Of a DNA stretch of 49,836 nucleotides, positions 46,350-49,836 are shown piece after piece. The notes under the pieces are model-generated. The model searched no databases. It worked only from the letters and a program-made list of their open reading frames with translations, and had not been told where the DNA came from. Each line of letters begins with the position of its first letter. Position 1 is the first letter of the stretch. Position numbers and translations under genes: made by a program. Source of the DNA: Bacteroidota bacterium (GTDB lineage: Bacteria; Bacteroidota; Bacteroidia; JACCXN01); the NCBI GenBank assembly GCA_947462515.1, contig CANHPJ010000001.1:1-49836 (forward strand), written 5' to 3'.

Positions 46350-47936
46350 ATGATTTCAACAACCACCGTCATAATAATAGCTATAATATATTTTATTGGC
46401 TCCCACATTGCTCTTTATAAATTTTTTGAAAAATTAGAAATTCCGGGATGGAAAGCCCTGGTGCCGGTTTACGGAAAAGTTATTGCTTTAGACATTATAA
46501 AAAAACCAAAATGGTGGTTGATCTTTTACTACATTCCATTTTTAGGAATAATAGTTTTTATTGGAATAATTGTAGAATTTTTAAAATGCTTCAACTATCT
46601 AAGGTTTTATCAACATTTACTAGGGATTTTATTCGCTCCATTTTACCTGCCCTATATTGCATTTAAGTCAGAAACAACATTTATTGGTCCTGAGGAAGCA
46701 AAAAAATATAAAAAATCTGCTGTAAGAGAATGGGCCGATGCCATAGTATTTGCTGTGATAGCAGCTACCTTAATACGTACCTTTTTCTTGGAGGCATTCA
46801 CTATACCAACCTCATCGATGGAAAAATCACTCTTGGTGGGGGATTATTTATTTGTGAGTAAAGTAAACTATGGAGCCAAATTGCCAAACACTCCATTAAG
46901 TTTTCCATTTGCACATCATACCTTACCATTTACAGAAAAAGTGAAATCCTATGTGGAGTGGATAAAATTACCATATTACAGATTACCTTCTTTTGAAAAG
47001 ATAGAAAATAATGATGTAGTAGTTTTCAACTATCCTGAAGGAGACACGGTAGTAATTCAGCATCAAGATCAAAGTTATTATCAATTAGTAAGAGATTATG
47101 GAAGGGATAATATTTGGAATAATTTCGATGTAACTGTGAGACCTGTAGATAAACAGGAAAATTACATCAAAAGATGCATCGGGATACCTGGAAATACTAT
47201 TGAAGTTGTAAATCAGCAAGTTATCATTGACCAAAAGCCATTGAAAACACCTGATCAAATGCAATTTACATATACTATAGAAGCTAATCCAATACAAATG
47301 GATGAGGAGAATCCAAACACTTATGAAGTGAATAAAAAAGTACTTCAGTTTGCTTTTGGTGTAAACAAAAAGAAATTGGAGGAATTCGATATTACGGATG
47401 ACATTTATCAAAATCCGGAAAACCCAAATCTATATTATGTTCCGCTTACTGCAGAGATGTTAAACAAGATTAAAAAATATGGATCTTCAATAAAGAGTGT
47501 CAATCAAAACATTAAAGCCAAAGGAGCGACTCAAACCCGAAATCTTTCAATTTTCCCAAATGATCCAAAATTTAACTGGACAGAAGATAATTTCGGTCCA
47601 TTATACATCCCTAAAAAAGGAGCTACGATTAGTTTAAATTCTGAAAACTTAGCGCTATATAAAAGAGCTATAGCTGTTTATGAAGGAAATGAATTGCGAA
47701 CAGAAGGAGAAAACATTTATATAAATGGAAAGCTGAGCAAATCATATACCTTTAAAATGGATTATTATTTTATGATGGGTGATAACAGACATAACTCAGC
47801 TGATTCTCGTTTTTGGGGATTTGTACCCGAGGATCATGTAGTAGGCAAGGCTGTATTTGTATGGCTTTCACTGCATAAATTCAAACCTATATTCAGTAAG
47901 GTACGCTGGAACAGGGTAATGACAACCATAAATTAA
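46350..47936 (+). CDS. lepB: Signal peptidase I with an N-terminal DUF5684-like membrane domain
   Basis: 528 aa. Residues 1 to about 105 resemble the small membrane protein family with a GW.ALVP.Y...KP.WW signature. The SPase I core has the catalytic Ser ([11 protein letters not shown]), the Lys box ([10 protein letters not shown]) and [15 protein letters not shown]. Confidence 0.9.
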   Translation: MISTTTVIIIAIIYFIGSHIALYKFFEKLEIPGWKALVPVYGKVIALDIIKKPKWWLIFYYIPFLGIIVFIGIIVEFLKCFNYLRFYQHLLGILFAPFYLPYIAFKSETTFIGPEEAKKYKKSAVREWADAIVFAVIAATLIRTFFLEAFTIPTSSMEKSLLVGDYLFVSKVNYGAKLPNTPLSFPFAHHTLPFTEKVKSYVEWIKLPYYRLPSFEKIENNDVVVFNYPEGDTVVIQHQDQSYYQLVRDYGRDNIWNNFDVTVRPVDKQENYIKRCIGIPGNTIEVVNQQVIIDQKPLKTPDQMQFTYTIEANPIQMDEENPNTYEVNKKVLQFAFGVNKKKLEEFDITDDIYQNPENPNLYYVPLTAEMLNKIKKYGSSIKSVNQNIKAKGATQTRNLSIFPNDPKFNWTEDNFGPLYIPKKGATISLNSENLALYKRAIAVYEGNELRTEGENIYINGKLSKSYTFKMDYYFMMGDNRHNSADSRFWGFVPEDHVVGKAVFVWLSLHKFKPIFSKVRWNRVMTTIN

Positions 47937-47943
47937 AAAACGC

Positions 47944-47967
47944 AAGACTATAGATTTTTATAGTCTT
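47944..47967 (+). terminator. Hairpin between the two lepB paralogs (no T-tract)
   Basis: aagactata-gatttt-tatagtctt forms a perfect 9-bp stem with a 6-nt loop, 8 nt after the lepB1 stop. Confidence 0.35.
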
Positions 47968-48018
47968 CCAACATAAAAACCTGAGTTATCGAAAAACACT
48001 AACGAGAAAAAATTTACT

Positions 48019-49083
48019 TTGTCTAAAATAAAATCTTTAATCATTGAATGGATAGAAGCAATAGTTATTGCATTATTCCTGGTTTTATTTGTCAGGGTTT
48101 TTGTTTTTGAAGCCTATACAATACCAACTACTTCGATGGAGAAGACCCTGCTTACAGGAGATTTTATTATAGTAAATAAAATAAGCCAGGGAGGAAGAAT
48201 ACCAAAGACACCGTTAACGATCCCGTTCACTCATCAAAGTTTACCTTTTAATGATGAAGTTAAATCATATTTAAACTGGATTGAACTTCCCTATTATAGA
48301 TTACCCGGATTTTCTGAAATAAAGCATAATGACATTTTAGTATTCAACTATCCGATGGATTTGGAGCATCCCGTTGACCACAAAACCAACTTTGTAAAGC
48401 GTTGTGTAGGATTACCCGGAGAAAAACTTGAAATTTCGCAGGGAAAGGTTATTGTTAATGGTGATACGATGTCAACATCCGAAAATTGTCAGTTTAATTA
48501 CCACATAAAATCAGACAGTGAAAAACTAACATCTTTACTATTTGATTCGCTGGAAATTACAGAAGGCGGAAAAATTTCAAATCAGGGGGATTACAGAATA
48601 GCAATTACGGATAAAACAGCGGAAGGATTAAAGCAACTTAACTACCTGCATGATGTTATTCCTTATTTTGAAAAAAAAGGTGAATATGAGGAATATATTT
48701 TCCCGTTTAATGAAAATTACAAATGGAATATAGACCACTTTGGAGAAGTTATAATTCCTAAAAAGGGACAAAACCTAAACTTAAATTTAAATAACTTGCC
48801 TCTTTATGAAACAATCATAAAAAACTATGAAAAAAACGAATTAGAAGTAATAAATGACTCTATATTTATCAATGGTGAGTTTTCAATTTCATACACTTTT
48901 AAGATGGACTATTATTTTGTGATGGGAGATAACAGGCACTTTTCATCCGACTCACGATTTTGGGGATTTTTACCGGAAGATCATATTATAGGAAAAGCCG
49001 CTTTCGTATTATTTTCTATAAACAAAAAGGCTGACGGCTTGGGCAGAATAAGGTGGAAACGCACATTTAAAAACATTGATTGA
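48019..49083 (+). CDS. lepB: Signal peptidase I (second, shorter paralog)
   Basis: 354 aa with [21 protein letters not shown] and [15 protein letters not shown]. The start is TTG, because no in-frame ATG precedes the TM anchor or the catalytic Ser. Confidence 0.9.
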   Translation: MSKIKSLIIEWIEAIVIALFLVLFVRVFVFEAYTIPTTSMEKTLLTGDFIIVNKISQGGRIPKTPLTIPFTHQSLPFNDEVKSYLNWIELPYYRLPGFSEIKHNDILVFNYPMDLEHPVDHKTNFVKRCVGLPGEKLEISQGKVIVNGDTMSTSENCQFNYHIKSDSEKLTSLLFDSLEITEGGKISNQGDYRIAITDKTAEGLKQLNYLHDVIPYFEKKGEYEEYIFPFNENYKWNIDHFGEVIIPKKGQNLNLNLNNLPLYETIIKNYEKNELEVINDSIFINGEFSISYTFKMDYYFVMGDNRHFSSDSRFWGFLPEDHIIGKAAFVLFSINKKADGLGRIRWKRTFKNID

Positions 49084-49682
49084 TGGATCAGGTATTATTG
49101 GCTTCGGCATACTTCCCTCCTATTGAATTTTATCATCATTATACTAAAAATGAAGCTATAATTATAGAGCAAAATGAACATTTCATAAAACAAACCTACC
49201 GCAATAGGTGCTCTATTTCAGGTGCAAACGGCCAAATAGATCTATCCATTCCATTGCAGAAATACACGAGTAAAACACTTATAAGGGACATTAAAATTTC
49301 CTATGAGGTACAATGGCAGAAGCAACATTGGAGATCCATTGTTTCGGCATACAATTCCTCACCATATTTCATGTACTATGATTATGAAATAATGCCTTAC
49401 TTCGAAAAAAAAAACAATTATTTATTTGATTTAAACCTTGAGATTTTAGAAAAATTAAACAAACTGCTAAAAATCTCAAAACCATTCTCATTATCCGAAG
49501 AATTTACAGCAGTGAATGATAGTCAATCAGATTTAAGATATAAGATTTCGCCCAAGAGAAAACCAGAGGTTTTATTAAAGACTTATAGCCAGGTATTTGA
49601 TCAAAAACTGGGGTTTATAGAAAATCTAAGCATTCTGGACTTATTATTTAATAAAGGCCCAGATAGTATGATGTATTTATAA
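49083..49682 (+). CDS. wbqC: WbqC-family protein
   Basis: About 199 aa starting [17 protein letters not shown]..., with YRNRC and ILDLLFN, which I recall as WbqC family signatures. Its ATG shares one base with the lepB2 TGA (tgatg). Confidence 0.75.
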   Translation: MDQVLLASAYFPPIEFYHHYTKNEAIIIEQNEHFIKQTYRNRCSISGANGQIDLSIPLQKYTSKTLIRDIKISYEVQWQKQHWRSIVSAYNSSPYFMYYDYEIMPYFEKKNNYLFDLNLEILEKLNKLLKISKPFSLSEEFTAVNDSQSDLRYKISPKRKPEVLLKTYSQVFDQKLGFIENLSILDLLFNKGPDSMMYL

Positions 49683-49685
49683 ATT

Positions 49686-49836
49686 TTACTTAGAAATAAC
49701 CATAAACTCTGTTCTTCTGTTTTGAGCTCGGCCTTCCTCGGTATTATTATCTGCAATAGGTTGAGTTTTACCATAGCCTTTGAAAGTTAGCCTATCTGAA
49801 GGTATTTTCTGCTCAATTAAATAATTATATACAGCA
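49686..49836 (-). CDS. OmpA-family protein, C-terminal peptidoglycan-binding domain (5' part outside the window)
   Basis: The reverse-strand translation is ...AVYNYLIEQKIPSDRLTFKGYGKTQPIADNNTEEGRAQNRRTEFMVISK*, a classic OmpA_C motif (GYG...P.A.N.T.EGRA.NRR.E). It is too short for the ORF track. Confidence 0.85.
   Translation of the reverse strand, partial: AVYNYLIEQKIPSDRLTFKGYGKTQPIADNNTEEGRAQNRRTEFMVISK

Noticed and set aside
1-49836. A search for CRISPR arrays, tRNA or rRNA genes, transposases, integrases, prophage or toxin-antitoxin modules, and long direct repeats.
   Set aside because: I found none. All intergenic regions are short and AT-rich, with no cloverleaf-capable GC stems and no spaced repeats. 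Every ORF over 130 aa has a housekeeping or envelope-biogenesis assignment. The only paralogous DNA is the tandem lepB pair.

Overview
This is an AT-rich chromosomal core segment (roughly one-third GC by eye) from a member of Bacteroidota. Four things support that assignment: a fused lpxC/fabZ gene, a PorX-type receiver-PglZ regulator, an rpsL-rpsG-fusA-rpsJ order with no tuf, and TAnnTTTG -7 boxes with no Shine-Dalgarno sequences.

Gene content:
- 1-10425 (minus strand): the str/S10/spc ribosomal-protein superoperon, running rpsL, rpsG, fusA, rpsJ through rpsH, plus a truncated rplF.
- 10426-10968: a 543-bp gene-free spacer.
- 10969-21574: a UvrD/PcrA helicase, DUF4290-murA, a TlpA-like thioredoxin, grpE-dnaJ, an ABC-2 exporter pair, a short Ppx/GppA and a small hypothetical protein.
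- 21631-24935 (minus strand): ald-like, tsaE and porX-like.
- 25009-31002: a lipid A block of SAMHD1-like HD protein, lpxD, lpxC/fabZ, lpxA and an orphan ABC ATPase, then efp.
- 31145-32374: a stand-alone PP2C phosphatase.
- 32453-36507 (minus strand): a Wzx-Wzz-Wzy_C trio.
- 36670-49836: rnhB, rarA, a CapD-type dehydratase, a SiaB-like kinase plus DUF1987 pair, serA, DUF1015, kdsC-ubiA-maf, two tandem signal peptidase I genes, wbqC and a truncated OmpA-family gene.

I found no rRNA, tRNA, CRISPR array, integrase, transposase or obvious island boundary, so the region is mostly ordinary housekeeping.

The best candidate for an uncharacterised system is the autonomous SiaB/SiaC-type partner-switch bicistron at 40873-41831. 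It has its own -7 box, an operator-like palindrome and a strong terminator. There is no GGDEF output gene in the window. A soluble PP2C phosphatase 8.5 kb away is the only candidate reset enzyme.

Smaller observations:
- MurA has Asp in place of the fosfomycin-target Cys.
- EF-P has Asn at the loop-tip modification position.
- A sigma-54-like element lies upstream of grpE.
- kdsC, ubiA and maf are translationally coupled.
- Several genes have obligatory TTG or GTG starts.

All family assignments come from reading motifs by eye and from memory. No searches were run.
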